From positions 94,435 through 158,434 of IMG/VR virus record IMGVR_UViG_3300035703_000016: a stretch of 64,000 nucleotides of DNA. One strand, 5' to 3'. The DNA is from a virus. The position numbers and the translations under genes were made by a program. The notes beneath the pieces were generated by a model. It saw nothing but the letters and a program-made list of their open reading frames with translations. It had not been told where the DNA came from and made no database searches. Below, one piece after another: positions 1-11,400 of this stretch. Every line of letters begins with the position of its first letter. Within the stretch, counting starts at the first letter, position 1.

Positions 1-13
1 TAATTTTATCATT

Positions 14-973
14 TTAGATCATTTTTGCATAATTAAATAACTGTGTAGGATAAATTCCAAATCTTGCATCTTTTACTCCTTGTTGATTTACAGATTTCCT
101 ATATGATACTCCTAAAATTGGTTTGTATTTATCTGGAGGAACTTCTGGATATGTCCAAACTATTTGCTTATTTGATTGAGCTTTTATCTCATATAAAGTA
201 TTGCTTACTTTTACAAGAGTCATTGCTCCAACCACAACTAATTGAACTTTATTTAATCCAAAATTCTCATCTTTACCGTAAACAGCTTTTACCATTAATT
301 CTTCATCAGATATTTCAGATTTATAAGCAGTCTTTGGTTGCATTTGTCCTTGAGTAAGTTTATTTACTTTTTTTATAAATTTACTTACATCCGCATAATC
401 CAATAAAGATGCAACTCCACTATATTGCTGATACTTATCATAATCTTTGTGAGATATAAAAATTACGTCTTCTCCTTTATCATTTTTAAGAATAAAGTCA
501 GCCTTTGGATTAGCTGTTGGTTTCCCTCCAGAAACTATGTTTTTATAAATTTTTCCAGCTATTCTAATATTTACACTTCCTCCAGCTTCTTTGATTTGAT
601 TTAAAAATTCTGATAATGTTCTATCTTCTATCCCCATCCCCCTAGCAATCTCTTGACCGCCAAAATCAGAAGTTTTCTCTAATTTTCCAAGTAAATAAGA
701 TTCTCCATTTTTATCAAAAAACGGAATTTTTAATAAACTTTTATAGTCTTTATCCGTTAATTTTTGAATAAAATCTTTACTTTTTATTTTATCGACTACT
801 ATGTCATCTCCGCTAGTCAGTCTTAATGACTTATTTGAATTTATTAAACTTAGTAGAACTTCTCCTCTATCAGATAAATTTTTTACTTTTGTATCTTTTG
901 CTAATGTCCTTGGAGTTAAATTTCCCTTTTCATTAAGCTGAATACTATTATATATTTCAATTAGCTTTATCAT
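14..973 (-). CDS. Putative PD-(D/E)xK-fold nuclease, possibly virion-packaged
   Basis: C-terminal PKADF...FISHKD...QQYSG motif; N-terminal IKLIEI..LNE leader; preceded by TATTTATA motif. Confidence 0.45.
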   Translation of the reverse strand: MIKLIEIYNSIQLNEKGNLTPRTLAKDTKVKNLSDRGEVLLSLINSNKSLRLTSGDDIVVDKIKSKDFIQKLTDKDYKSLLKIPFFDKNGESYLLGKLEKTSDFGGQEIARGMGIEDRTLSEFLNQIKEAGGSVNIRIAGKIYKNIVSGGKPTANPKADFILKNDKGEDVIFISHKDYDKYQQYSGVASLLDYADVSKFIKKVNKLTQGQMQPKTAYKSEISDEELMVKAVYGKDENFGLNKVQLVVVGAMTLVKVSNTLYEIKAQSNKQIVWTYPEVPPDKYKPILGVSYRKSVNQQGVKDARFGIYPTQLFNYAKMI

Positions 974-994
974 TTTTATTTTTATATAAATATT

Positions 995-1594
995 TTATTT
1001 TAAAATAGAGTAATACTGATTAAAATGTTTTATTCTATCATTAATTCCAATTATTCCACCATTAACTCTTTTAGTAATTTTTGTTATAGTATCTGTAGTA
1101 GATCCTTCATCAGCAATCTTATGAAGTCCATTTATTGTAAAAAACCACGCAGCGGATGCAAGAGGGTACTTAGTAGAAACCAGATCTGGATTGGACACAC
1201 AGTCTTCATTGATGGATTCAGAAAATGCTCTATAATTGTTTTTACCTGTTAATTGGATAAAGCCCCTTCCTCTATATTTATATCCGTCTCCAGAATTTTC
1301 AGGACCATTTCCCATTCTACCTCCATAAACCAAATTTGCTATTTTTTCTGGTTTTCTTTCATACTGAATTGCCTTTTCTACTGTAGGAAAATATTTTTTA
1401 AAAGTCGTAAGTAGTCCTTTTGTATTATAGTTCAGATTTTCATTTAAAGATTTAAATCCTCCAGATTCATGACCAGCTTGGGCTAAAAAATGAGAGAGTC
1501 TTAAAGGAGTATTTATCTCGAATTTTTCAATCACGTTTGGAAGCATTTTAATTACAGAGTCTGGAATATGACCTTTTAATTTCTCTAAGTTCAT
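995..1594 (-). CDS. Glycoside hydrolase family 19 endolysin
   Basis: HFLAQAGHESGGF, ENLNY, YRGRGFIQLTGKNNY and ITKRVNGG motifs. Confidence 0.92.
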   Translation of the reverse strand: MNLEKLKGHIPDSVIKMLPNVIEKFEINTPLRLSHFLAQAGHESGGFKSLNENLNYNTKGLLTTFKKYFPTVEKAIQYERKPEKIANLVYGGRMGNGPENSGDGYKYRGRGFIQLTGKNNYRAFSESINEDCVSNPDLVSTKYPLASAAWFFTINGLHKIADEGSTTDTITKITKRVNGGIIGINDRIKHFNQYYSILK

Positions 1595-2058
1595 GATTTT
1601 ACTAATTTTGTTTTATCAGAAAAAATAACTTTTCTTACAGCAGTTACTTTCTTAACTTTTTCTTTTATAGATTGAATAACACCATCGTTAAAAGTTTCAA
1701 ATGGAGCTGGATCTATTTTTATACTAATGTCAACAACATACTTTTTTAATTTTTCAGCAGAAGGTTGTCTATTGTTTGTTACTCTAACTACAGTAATTCC
1801 AGCTATTGCTCTAATATCAGAAAGAATATCAGCTAAAGATCTCCTTGTAGTATCTGCTATAAGTTGCCCTTCAATTTGATATATTTTTGGATTGTTAGTC
1901 TCTTTTATTGAATTTATTTCTTTAGCAGATTTTACAGCTTTTTTATAGGCATCACTTCCTTTTCTTGCAGGTTTTTCTCCTCTTTCTCTTTTAGCTTGGA
2001 TATTTGCCCAAAGACCTTTTCTTTTTATTTCTTGAAGTATGCTAATTAGCGATATCAT
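1591..2058 (-). CDS. Hypothetical phage protein (basic GLWANIQAKR motif, C-terminal ferredoxin-like segment)
   Basis: ORF track; overlaps neighbours in ATGA fashion. Confidence 0.6.
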   Translation of the reverse strand: MISLISILQEIKRKGLWANIQAKRERGEKPARKGSDAYKKAVKSAKEINSIKETNNPKIYQIEGQLIADTTRRSLADILSDIRAIAGITVVRVTNNRQPSAEKLKKYVVDISIKIDPAPFETFNDGVIQSIKEKVKKVTAVRKVIFSDKTKLVKS

Positions 2059-2312
2059 TTTTTTATTATTTTTACTTTTATAGAATCAGATCCTTTTATA
2101 AGTCTATGCCATACTCCTTTAGGAATAAATATAGCTTTATTCATGTCTTCTGGAAGTTTATTCTCTATTTGAAATTTCCAATCTGTAGAATGCATAGACT
2201 CTATTAATCTATCTTCTCTATCTCTATGCCATTTTAATTCTTCTGGATCTACATTTTGATCAAATTCTCTTATAATATAATTAGAGTAGTTAATTTCTTT
2301 ATATGGAATCAT
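2055..2312 (-). CDS. Small cupin-like protein
   Basis: WHRDREDR and IFIPKGVWHRLIKG cupin motifs. Confidence 0.7.
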   Translation of the reverse strand: MIPYKEINYSNYIIREFDQNVDPEELKWHRDREDRLIESMHSTDWKFQIENKLPEDMNKAIFIPKGVWHRLIKGSDSIKVKIIKK

Positions 2313-2321
2313 TTTTTATTT

Positions 2322-2909
2322 TTACCAATATCCTGAAAAATTTGATTTTAATCCAAGTAAACTCGCAAATCTAGGTAATCGGCACGCCCAATACCCAGCT
2401 TTAGTTTTATCTTTTTTCTGAGAACATTTATGTCTTGCAGCAAAACTTTTTCTTGCTTTTGGATCATTTATTTTTGCTTTTAGACCAGTAGTATCTCCAA
2501 AACTTACTTTTTTGATTCCTCCAGTTTTTGGATTTCTAACGAATACATAAAATTTCTTAGAACCTCCTCTTTTAGGCTTATTTAATTCAGGAGTTTTTTT
2601 CTTTTTGACTTCTAATAAAAACTCTGTTGTCATTGGATAGTCAAGAGGAACTGTTATGCCCTTGTATACTCCAGTTAGTCCTAAATCAGTTTCTTTTAAA
2701 TACCAAATATCTTTATCGCTAAGAGTTAAAAGCTCCCTATTTAGCAACTGACGCGCTTCTATGAAAAGAGCTATAAAATTTATAGATTGAGGTCTATATA
2801 TATTTTCATTCAAGTCTATGCAGTTCTCCAAATGATAAGAAAGCCCCTCTGAGATGAGGAGCTTATTAACAGACTCATGTAGTGATATTTTAGATCTTGT
2901 ACAACACAT
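2322..2909 (-). CDS. Conserved large-phage protein with basic C-terminal domain
   Basis: LNKPKRGGSKKFYV...KKVSFGD...SFAARHKC...AGYWAC motif. Confidence 0.65.
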   Translation of the reverse strand: MCCTRSKISLHESVNKLLISEGLSYHLENCIDLNENIYRPQSINFIALFIEARQLLNRELLTLSDKDIWYLKETDLGLTGVYKGITVPLDYPMTTEFLLEVKKKKTPELNKPKRGGSKKFYVFVRNPKTGGIKKVSFGDTTGLKAKINDPKARKSFAARHKCSQKKDKTKAGYWACRLPRFASLLGLKSNFSGYW

Positions 2910-2910
2910 T

Positions 2911-3285
2911 CTATTTTAAATATTCTAATTTATACAATGTAGTTTGAATCAATGTTACTATTTCATCTATTTGATTTTGTAAATAAGACTCTTGAGATAT
3001 CTTTGCTCTTATTAACTCAACATATCGATTTAGGGCTTTGAAATATATTATAGCGTTACTGTCTTCTCTAAATTGAGAATGAAAGCTATATCCTGTAATT
3101 ATTCCAAATTTTCCTTGATATGATTCTACAAATGCGTCAACTAGAGGTATAATTTCCTCATAATAAGCGCCTAATGCTAAATGTTTTGCATTTGAATCTT
3201 CTCCTATAGATTGCCAATGGTATATTTGAGCTTGATTTCTAGAAGACAGCAGAATTGATATAAATTTTGCTATTAATTGATTCAT
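2911..3285 (-). CDS. Ferritin/Dps-like four-helix protein
   Basis: YHWQ...KHLALGAYYE...DAFVESYQG...NQIDEI pattern. Confidence 0.7.
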   Translation of the reverse strand: MNQLIAKFISILLSSRNQAQIYHWQSIGEDSNAKHLALGAYYEEIIPLVDAFVESYQGKFGIITGYSFHSQFREDSNAIIYFKALNRYVELIRAKISQESYLQNQIDEIVTLIQTTLYKLEYLK

Positions 3286-3286
3286 T

Positions 3287-3712
3287 CTATTTATTTTTTG
3301 ATAATAGACATTTAATTATATTTTCAGATAAAATATCTTCACTATCTTTTTTTATTTTTGAATAGTCGTCAACTCCAGTTACAACTTTTCTAAATAAAGG
3401 CTTTTTATTTACAGCGTCTAAAACAATTATTTCACATCCATCTTTAACTTTCATCCATAATTTACCTTTATAAGAAGTATCAACGTCTTTTACAATGATC
3501 ATATTTGTTTTGATCCCACCTTTTGCTTTAATAGCTTCAATCATCGTGGCATCAAAGTTTTTAGATAATTGAAATTCGTCTGATCTATTTTGTCTAATAG
3601 CGTAGTGAATTGTGCCTTTCGGATCTTTTGCATTTTTAAATTCCAAAAATTTAATTTTGCCTTCTTTTGTGTCTACCCAAGACATTGGTATTTTAGTAGC
3701 ATATACATTCAT
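3287..3712 (-). CDS. Hypothetical protein
   Basis: ORF track, tightly packed in operon. Confidence 0.6.
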   Translation of the reverse strand: MNVYATKIPMSWVDTKEGKIKFLEFKNAKDPKGTIHYAIRQNRSDEFQLSKNFDATMIEAIKAKGGIKTNMIIVKDVDTSYKGKLWMKVKDGCEIIVLDAVNKKPLFRKVVTGVDDYSKIKKDSEDILSENIIKCLLSKNK

Positions 3713-3713
3713 A

Positions 3714-4718
3714 CTATTTCATTTTATCTAAAATAGATTTTATACTATATAGTGCGTCGCTTATCTCATATCCATACATCTTTGCTACACTACTAACAAA
3801 AGATTTTACTTTTTTTACCAATTCTGGATTTATTCCTGATATTGTCTGATTAACGTCTTCACTTACTTTTTGTTTTATTGTATAGTAGTAATATAGCCCT
3901 CTATCGTCTGATTCATCCTCATGCTCATATACTTCATATTTAGTTTCTAATTTTTCTATCTGTTTAGAACTCAATGGCTCGCCTCTTCCATATGTTAAAA
4001 CTGAACTGTTTTTTCCTTGTCTGATATTAATATCTAATCCAGGTAAAGTTGATTTAATATCAGATTCTATATTTTCTTTAAGAGTCTCTTTATCTTCTTT
4101 TGATTCAATCTCTTTTTTACTATTCTCTACTCTTGAAAGTTTATCCATTAAATCTTCTATTTTTGAAGATATCTCAGAAACGTGTTTTTTATGTTCAGCC
4201 GCAGTTTTAGGATCTGATTTTGCCATATCCATATGCTCTTTTCTTTTCTTTTCAAGCTTTGATATAGCTGTTGTTAGTTTACTCGCCACTGTACCTTTTT
4301 TCTCTTCTAGTTTTTTCATAGAACCAATATGCTCATTATATAGTTTTTCAGCTATTTTTTGAGCTTCTTCTGGAGTAGGGTAAACTCCATGAATATTTTT
4401 ACTATCAATGTTATGTTGTTGAATTCCAGTAATTGGATCTAATTCATATACCATACTAGACACATCACATCCTTCATATGGTTTTTGGACCATGTGAAAC
4501 GATCCTACTTTATTTTCATAATCCATATCTTCTTTTATAGATTTTTTTACTTTTTTTGGAAGTGTCTTTTTCTTTGTTGAAGCAAAGTCAGTAACAGATT
4601 TTTTTGACATATTTTTAGCTAGTTTTTTTATTTTTTCAGAAGGGGCTTTAGTTTTTCCAGATTGTACGGCATGAACTATTCCCATTAGTGCTTGTTGAGA
4701 TTTTGATTGAGACGGCAT
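3714..4718 (-). CDS. Modular hypothetical protein with DUF3008-like N-terminus and coiled coil
   Basis: MPSQSKSQQALMG...DFASTK; preceded by TATTTATA motif. Confidence 0.6.
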   Translation of the reverse strand: MPSQSKSQQALMGIVHAVQSGKTKAPSEKIKKLAKNMSKKSVTDFASTKKKTLPKKVKKSIKEDMDYENKVGSFHMVQKPYEGCDVSSMVYELDPITGIQQHNIDSKNIHGVYPTPEEAQKIAEKLYNEHIGSMKKLEEKKGTVASKLTTAISKLEKKRKEHMDMAKSDPKTAAEHKKHVSEISSKIEDLMDKLSRVENSKKEIESKEDKETLKENIESDIKSTLPGLDINIRQGKNSSVLTYGRGEPLSSKQIEKLETKYEVYEHEDESDDRGLYYYYTIKQKVSEDVNQTISGINPELVKKVKSFVSSVAKMYGYEISDALYSIKSILDKMK

Positions 4719-4731
4719 TTGCTATAAATAT

Positions 4732-5307
4732 CTAAATTTCTAATGCTTTTATTTTTTCTAAATTTTGTTTTATTTGATTATATACTTGAGATTTATTTCC
4801 ACCTTTCCAACTTTCGACTTCTCCATTTTCAGAAACAAATGATTCATCTTCCATATTAAACCAATAATCAATTGCTTTTTCTACATCTTCAAGAGAGGCG
4901 TTCTTATTTTGATTTAATAAACCTTTCTCATATGCCTCCCACTTGCCTAATTGCTTTATTCTAGATTCCATTTCTATTACACAATCAAGACACATCTTAT
5001 GAATAGAGTACATTTTTTTATTTACTTCATGGGGTTTCATCGGATTTTTACAGTTTGGACAACATAAAGGAAAGCTAATTATTTTTTTTATTTCGTCTAA
5101 TTTTGTAATTGTCTGTTTTATTCCATTTTTTATTGTCCATGTTTTTCCTCTTTCTTCCCAAATGTCACCTTCTTTATAATACTGTTGCTCTTTATCATAA
5201 CCAGACTGGATCTGTGTTCTTTCTCCAGAATTTCCAGATATAATATTTCTTAATCTAGACACATCTCTTTTTGAGAATTCTTTCTTTAAATTTGTCTCTT
5301 TTGACAT
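4732..5307 (-). CDS. Hypothetical Zn-binding protein
   Basis: CPNC...CLDC; GDIWEERGKTWTIKNG motif. Confidence 0.6.
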   Translation of the reverse strand: MSKETNLKKEFSKRDVSRLRNIISGNSGERTQIQSGYDKEQQYYKEGDIWEERGKTWTIKNGIKQTITKLDEIKKIISFPLCCPNCKNPMKPHEVNKKMYSIHKMCLDCVIEMESRIKQLGKWEAYEKGLLNQNKNASLEDVEKAIDYWFNMEDESFVSENGEVESWKGGNKSQVYNQIKQNLEKIKALEI

Positions 5308-5320
5308 TTATCGTAACTTT

Positions 5321-5683
5321 TTATTCGTATATATTTTGATGTAATTCTCCAAATTTTCTCATTATTATTCCAGCAATTTCATTTGCTTGATTTTCTATTT
5401 CTGAACCAGTTTGACCTGAATCTGGTTTTAATAAACCTAATTCATTTTGTTTATGATGAGTCATTTCATGAGCTAGAGTTCTCATACAATCTACTATATG
5501 TCTATCTCCAATATAAATCACTATAGAACATAATTCACTATTATATTGACCAAAAGATTTATTTTGTTGAGACCATTTATTGTCTTTTATAAATTGTATT
5601 TTTGGTAATTTTTGTATTCCAATTACAGATTTACAAAATTTTATAAATTCAAGAAGTGTTTTCGCTTTATTTTGTATGTCCAT
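5321..5683 (-). CDS. Zincin-like metallopeptidase
   Basis: RTLAHEMTHHKQ (HExxH) plus downstream EIENQAN. Confidence 0.7.
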   Translation of the reverse strand: MDIQNKAKTLLEFIKFCKSVIGIQKLPKIQFIKDNKWSQQNKSFGQYNSELCSIVIYIGDRHIVDCMRTLAHEMTHHKQNELGLLKPDSGQTGSEIENQANEIAGIIMRKFGELHQNIYE

Positions 5684-5685
5684 TT

Positions 5686-8133
5686 CTATCTTTTTATAGC
5701 TCTATTTGCAGCAGTAAATCCTGCTCTATTTACTAATTTAATAGTACCTTTTGAATTAGAAATTACATAACCTTCTCCTCCTTTTATATCTCCAATATTA
5801 GCTTTTATGTCTGATTGTTGTGAATCTAATTGTTCTACTATTTGATTTTTTACATCCATTATTTTAGAGACTATATCAAATATTTTTAAAATTGATTCTC
5901 TATTCTGTTCTATATATTTCTCTAAATTTATTTTTTTAGATGAAGATATTGATTCTTTTTTTACATAGTCTAAAAAATCTTTACCTAAATTTTTACTGTC
6001 TCCAGCTTTTGAATTATTGTATTTATACATTAAGTCTGGGAGATCCGATATTTTTTTAGATGATAAAATTGATTTATTTAGTGTTGAATCTATGTTGGAT
6101 GCTTTTGATTTGATGTCTGACATTGCTGATTTAATAGCTCCTGTATTTATTTTTGGAGGAGTAGTAACAGAAATAGGAGGTACTACTAATAAACCAAATT
6201 TGTCTGAAAATTCGTATTGATCTATATCTTTTATAGAAGATTCATTTCCTGAAAAATCCATAAATCTATGAATAACAACTCCAGTTTTACTTTTTTCAAT
6301 TTGTTTACCAAGTTCGCTATTTTTAGAAATTGAGTAAGTTGTTATATTTGGCTTAAATACAAAATTTCCATCTACTACTTCAGGAGTCGTTTGATATAAT
6401 AAATCCCCCTTAAAATATCCCTTTACAGATTTAGGAACTGATTTTTCAAAAATACTAAAAATAGATCCCATACTTTTTGCAAATTTAGCATATGAACCAT
6501 TCTTATCTTCTTTTCCTTTTAATCTACCTAAAAACATTTTTTCTAAATCTTCTCCTGATTTAGCTTTTCCATCGTATCCTTTTGCAGAAAATCCACCTTT
6601 ATCAGTTAATATAAATTCACCATTTTCATTTCTTCCAAATATTATAGCTGGAGATCCATCCCACTTTATTGTTAAGTCTTTTGTATCTTTTCCTAATCCA
6701 GCTAAAATAGATAAAGCGTTTAATGCTCCTTTTGATCCTTCCCAAAATATTAAATCTTCTGGATGCTGAATTCTAGATTCTGCTGCTTCAGTCAAAATAT
6801 TTTCATTTATCGTTTTAGGTAGATCTAAATTCTCTTTTGAAAAATCCTCTCTAGCTTGAGTAACTAATTTTTCATAATCTGATCTGTTTTTTATTGCATT
6901 TATAACTGTTTCAACTGTAGCTATGTCATCTCTGGTTTTTCCTTTTCCTAGAAGTAATTCAGCTATTTTATTTGGTTCTTTAGATATAACTTCTCCGCTT
7001 TCTCTATTTATTAATCCATTTTTATAAGACCATTTCATTCCCTGAGCTTTAGCTATACTAGCTAATAAAAGATGCCTATGCACGCCTTTAAACTTAGAAA
7101 ATTCTGATCCTCCAGCCATAGAAAATTTCATCCATTCTGGATCTCCAAACATAAAGTCTGTTTGAACAAATCCATTTGATTCATCTCCTTTTATTGGAGT
7201 TTTAAAATGAACACTATCTCCAGACTTTGATATATAAGACTTGTCATATCCAGATTTTTCTAAAATTTTTATTAAAGATTCTTTACTATATTTTTTTACA
7301 TCTACAGCGAGATCTAAATCACCGCTTGTATCTTTTTTTCCAGTAGTACCAAGCATATTATCTTCTAAAGAAAGACCTGTGATTTTTTCCAACCATTTTA
7401 CTGTAGGAATCACGTCTGCTCTATTTATTCTTTGAGTACCAGAATCTCCGTTACTTGATTTAAATACGTTTCCTCCTTCAAAAATTAAAGTTTTTAATAA
7501 TGTTTCAAAAAATAATCTATTTTCTTTTAAAACTTTTGGAGGATTTGTAAATTTACTCTTCAGCATTTTTGCTATTTTTGGATCATACCAACCAAAGATA
7601 GACATAAAAAGTTTTTTATATTCTTCTTCTGATACATCAGCAGTAAGAGCTTTTCTTACATTAGTTCCACTCATTTCTCCTATGCCTGGAATATCTAAAC
7701 TTATATGAGGTGCTACAATAAGATACCCATGTCTATCAAATCCTTCTAGATTTTTCTCATTACCTTTATAAGGTTTGAAATAAGGATCTGATCCGTCTTT
7801 TTTCTGTTTTAATGAGAATCTTGGATTTTCAGTCATGTCCTTTTCTCCAACCATAAAAACTAATGCAGTATCTTCAGGATTATATTTCTGAGTAATTTCA
7901 ACTGCTTTATATGTATCTTTTACTTGAACTAGATTAGGACCATATCCAAATTTATCTATTATCATCCTCTTCTCTTCAAAATTAAGAGGACTTTTTTCAC
8001 CATCTACTTTGTTAGTAGTAGCTATAAATGTATTATTTCCAAATTTAGATTTCAACCATTCAAATGATAAAATATGATGACGAGACGGTGGTTGGAAACG
8101 TCCTGGATATATTGCGATGATATTTTTTGTCAT
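5686..8133 (-). CDS. Three-domain protein: HIGH-type nucleotidyltransferase + Pol-beta-like nucleotidyltransferase + ligase-like (KxDG) domain
   Basis: IAIYPGRFQP...FMVGEKD...MSGTNVR; LGTTGKKDTSGDLDLAVD...VQTDFM; TIKWDGSPA...KGDLLY...GEGYV...KLVNR. Confidence 0.7.
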   Translation of the reverse strand: MTKNIIAIYPGRFQPPSRHHILSFEWLKSKFGNNTFIATTNKVDGEKSPLNFEEKRMIIDKFGYGPNLVQVKDTYKAVEITQKYNPEDTALVFMVGEKDMTENPRFSLKQKKDGSDPYFKPYKGNEKNLEGFDRHGYLIVAPHISLDIPGIGEMSGTNVRKALTADVSEEEYKKLFMSIFGWYDPKIAKMLKSKFTNPPKVLKENRLFFETLLKTLIFEGGNVFKSSNGDSGTQRINRADVIPTVKWLEKITGLSLEDNMLGTTGKKDTSGDLDLAVDVKKYSKESLIKILEKSGYDKSYISKSGDSVHFKTPIKGDESNGFVQTDFMFGDPEWMKFSMAGGSEFSKFKGVHRHLLLASIAKAQGMKWSYKNGLINRESGEVISKEPNKIAELLLGKGKTRDDIATVETVINAIKNRSDYEKLVTQAREDFSKENLDLPKTINENILTEAAESRIQHPEDLIFWEGSKGALNALSILAGLGKDTKDLTIKWDGSPAIIFGRNENGEFILTDKGGFSAKGYDGKAKSGEDLEKMFLGRLKGKEDKNGSYAKFAKSMGSIFSIFEKSVPKSVKGYFKGDLLYQTTPEVVDGNFVFKPNITTYSISKNSELGKQIEKSKTGVVIHRFMDFSGNESSIKDIDQYEFSDKFGLLVVPPISVTTPPKINTGAIKSAMSDIKSKASNIDSTLNKSILSSKKISDLPDLMYKYNNSKAGDSKNLGKDFLDYVKKESISSSKKINLEKYIEQNRESILKIFDIVSKIMDVKNQIVEQLDSQQSDIKANIGDIKGGEGYVISNSKGTIKLVNRAGFTAANRAIKR

Positions 8134-8425
8134 TACTCTTTTGTTATAAATATTTATTATTTTTTATTAAGTATTTTAACTATTTTTTCTTATTTTAGTC
8201 ATCTTAAAATAATCTTATAGCTAACTTTATGCTTAATTGAGCCTTCTTTTATTGACTCGAGTATTTCTACTGTTTCTATTATTTGTATAGATTTTTTGAT
8301 AATTCATAAAATTAAAAAAAGTATCAAAGAAGTAAACAATGTCACTACCATTGAATACTCAATGAGTCAATAATTTCATATTACAGTCAGTTAGTAGTGA
8401 TAATTTCTTGTCTGTAATAAATATC

Positions 8426-11400
8426 TTAAGTATGATATACTTTAGAAAAACCAGAACTTTCTTTTGTAATTTCTATATGATTGTCAACTACATCTCTTAT
8501 AGTATCAATATGAGAAATCATTATAATAAACTTAAATTGAGTTTTTAAATATTCTAATAATACAGAAATATTACTCATGTTACTTTGATCAAGAGCTCCA
8601 AATCCTTCATCTATTGCTAAAAAATTAGGTCTTGGTAGAGAAGTTATATTTATTAAAGAAGTTCTAATTGCAAGAGTCAATATAAATTTTTCCATTCCAG
8701 AACTAAGTTCTATTGGCCATTTTCTAGATTCGTCATACTCAATATATGCATTTATATTTTTACCATCTGATTCAATTGCTATTTTAAAATCAACTATTTG
8801 AGACAACACATTATTTACATCTTCTTGTATTCTTGGAATAATAGATGTAATTATATCATATGGTAAACCATCTCTTCCAGTTGCTAAAAGATAATATTCA
8901 TAATACTTATATTTTTCTTCTATTGATTTTAAATTACTAATACTCTTTTTTGAATTTTCAATTTCAATTTCTAATAATTTAATATCTGTATTATATCTTA
9001 TTATAGAATTTGACACGATAGATAATTTATTTTTCGATTCCTCTATCTCTTTTTGACATTCTAAAACTTTATTTAAAATTTCTTGATTTGATTTTATTGC
9101 TGTTTCTTTCTTTTTATATTGATTTACTATATCTTCTATTGATTTTATAGATTCGGATGCCTGGTGTAGCTCCAGGGTTAGCCTATTGACGTTTGATTCT
9201 ATTTTAAGAATGTCATTCTTTTTTCTAGACAAATTATTTTGTAAAATATCATAATTGTCAACGGTTTTTTTATATATTTCAATATTTTCTCTTATAAGTT
9301 TTAAATTGTCAACTACTGTTTTTGCTTCAATTTTATCATTTTCTATAGAGTCTCTTGTTTGTATTGCGTCTTTAACAAAAATATTATCCATGCAAAATTC
9401 ACAATTTTCATCATACTTGAGATTTTCTAATTTTTTCATTTTCTCAAGTTTATTTTTTAAGTCTGCTTTTAGTTTTTCAACATATAAAGTCATTCTTTTT
9501 TCCTCTGCTTGTGTTTCTTGAAGTTGTTTTTTTAAATCTTCTATTTCTAAAAAATCATGTTTTAAAATCTCAGATTGAATAGTTTCAGAATCTTTTTTAA
9601 GCTCTATTATTATATTTTTATCATTATTCAGATCTATATTTATTTTTTCTATTTTAGAAATGTATAGTTCTTTTTTTTCTTGTAATCCAGATATGTCTAA
9701 TATTTTAGAATCTATTTGGAGTATTTTAGAATTTAATTTTATTAATTTATCATTCTGTTTTTCTATTTTTGTCTCAATTTCCTTTTTTTCTTTTTCTAAT
9801 TTTTTGTATTGAGAATGATAGACTTTTATTTTTTCTTCATTCTCTTGCAATTTAGTAAAATGATCAACTTTTTTATACTCTTTTATTAATACAGAATATT
9901 CTTTTATTTCTTCGCTGGCGGTTAAATATAAATCTTCATATACTTTTATATCTAGAAATTGAGCAAGTAAATCTTTTCTATCAGATTGACCCATATCAAT
10001 AAATCCAGTATTATTATTCTGCATCGACATACAAGTTAATATAAAATCCTCATAAGATCCTATTATTTCTCTTATTTTTGCATTTGTACTAAATCTATCT
10101 TCTCCGTTTAAAGAAACTTTTACATCGTCTTCTCCTATATAGTAAAATTCTACATCTTGTTTTACATTTTCTGATTTTGGTCTATAAGAAGCTTTTCTTT
10201 CAATTGTATAAGTTTTTCTATCTAATTCAAAATCTAATTTACAACTAAACTCTCTGGACTTATTATTCATTACAAGTCCAGCTTTTGAAGTTTTTGAGCA
10301 TTTATCAAAAAGACAATATACTAGAGCCTCTATACTAGAACTTTTTCCAGACGCATTTTGAGCAAAAATTCCATATATTCCTCCCATATTTGTAAAATCA
10401 ATTACGTTTCCCTCTCCATAACTAAACATATTAGAAAATTCAAGTCTTTTTGGACTCCATTGAATATTTCTAGTAACTTCTATTTTTGGAAGTTTATTGT
10501 TTATTGAAACATTTAATTCGCAAATTTTAGAAATGTCCTCTTTTTGTAAATTGTATTTACTTTTTAAATATTTTGCAAGTATATCATTCTGATAAGAAAT
10601 ATCTCTAACGTTTATAGCATTTGAATTAGAATGTGAAGTTATTCCAGAAACATCATTCATTATTTGATGAGTAATTTCTATTATATTTCTTGTTTTTCTA
10701 ATCTCAGACGCTATTTCTTTTATTTGAGAAGGAGGAGTATTTTTTGATCTTAATCTTAGATATAAATTTTTTGGAAGATTGTCTGGAAGATCTAAATAAA
10801 TTCCATTTTCTATATAGAGCGTGTAAAATGCTGTATCATTTTTAATTTGAATGTATTCTGCACTTCTTTTTTCTACATCCCACACAAATATTCCATGATC
10901 TAGACCCTCTGAATGACTTTGTTGAATCAATGAACCTGGATACCCAATTGTCTTTTTTTCATTTAAAAATTGAGTTTTATGAATATCTCCAAGAAGAGTC
11001 AAATCAAATCCATCAAAGTCATCTACACTTAAATTATAGCCAGATAAGAAAAACTCCCCCTCTGTAGATGAATTATTAACAGGACCATGAAAAAAACAAA
11101 TTTTGTATCCTGATTCTACTTGATTTGCTTTTGTATAAGTTTTTACGTCATCAAATACAGACCAATGAACAAAATTAATGTCTCCTATTTTGTAAACTCC
11201 ACTATCTTTTAAATAAATAATGTTAGTATCCCCCATTGCATTTATAATAGGAGTTAAACTATCCATTCTATGATTATTATTTAAATTTGCATCATGATTT
11301 CCTGGGATAATTATTGTAGGTAGTATAGATGACATCAACTTAAAAAAATGTTGAGTTTCTTCTACCAATTCTGGAGTAATATCTGTTTTAGAGTGCACAA

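Noticed and set aside
8200-8310. 33-codon ORF with ESIKEA, resembling a NUMOD1 homing-endonuclease remnant
   Set aside because: Too short and the motif too weak to support.
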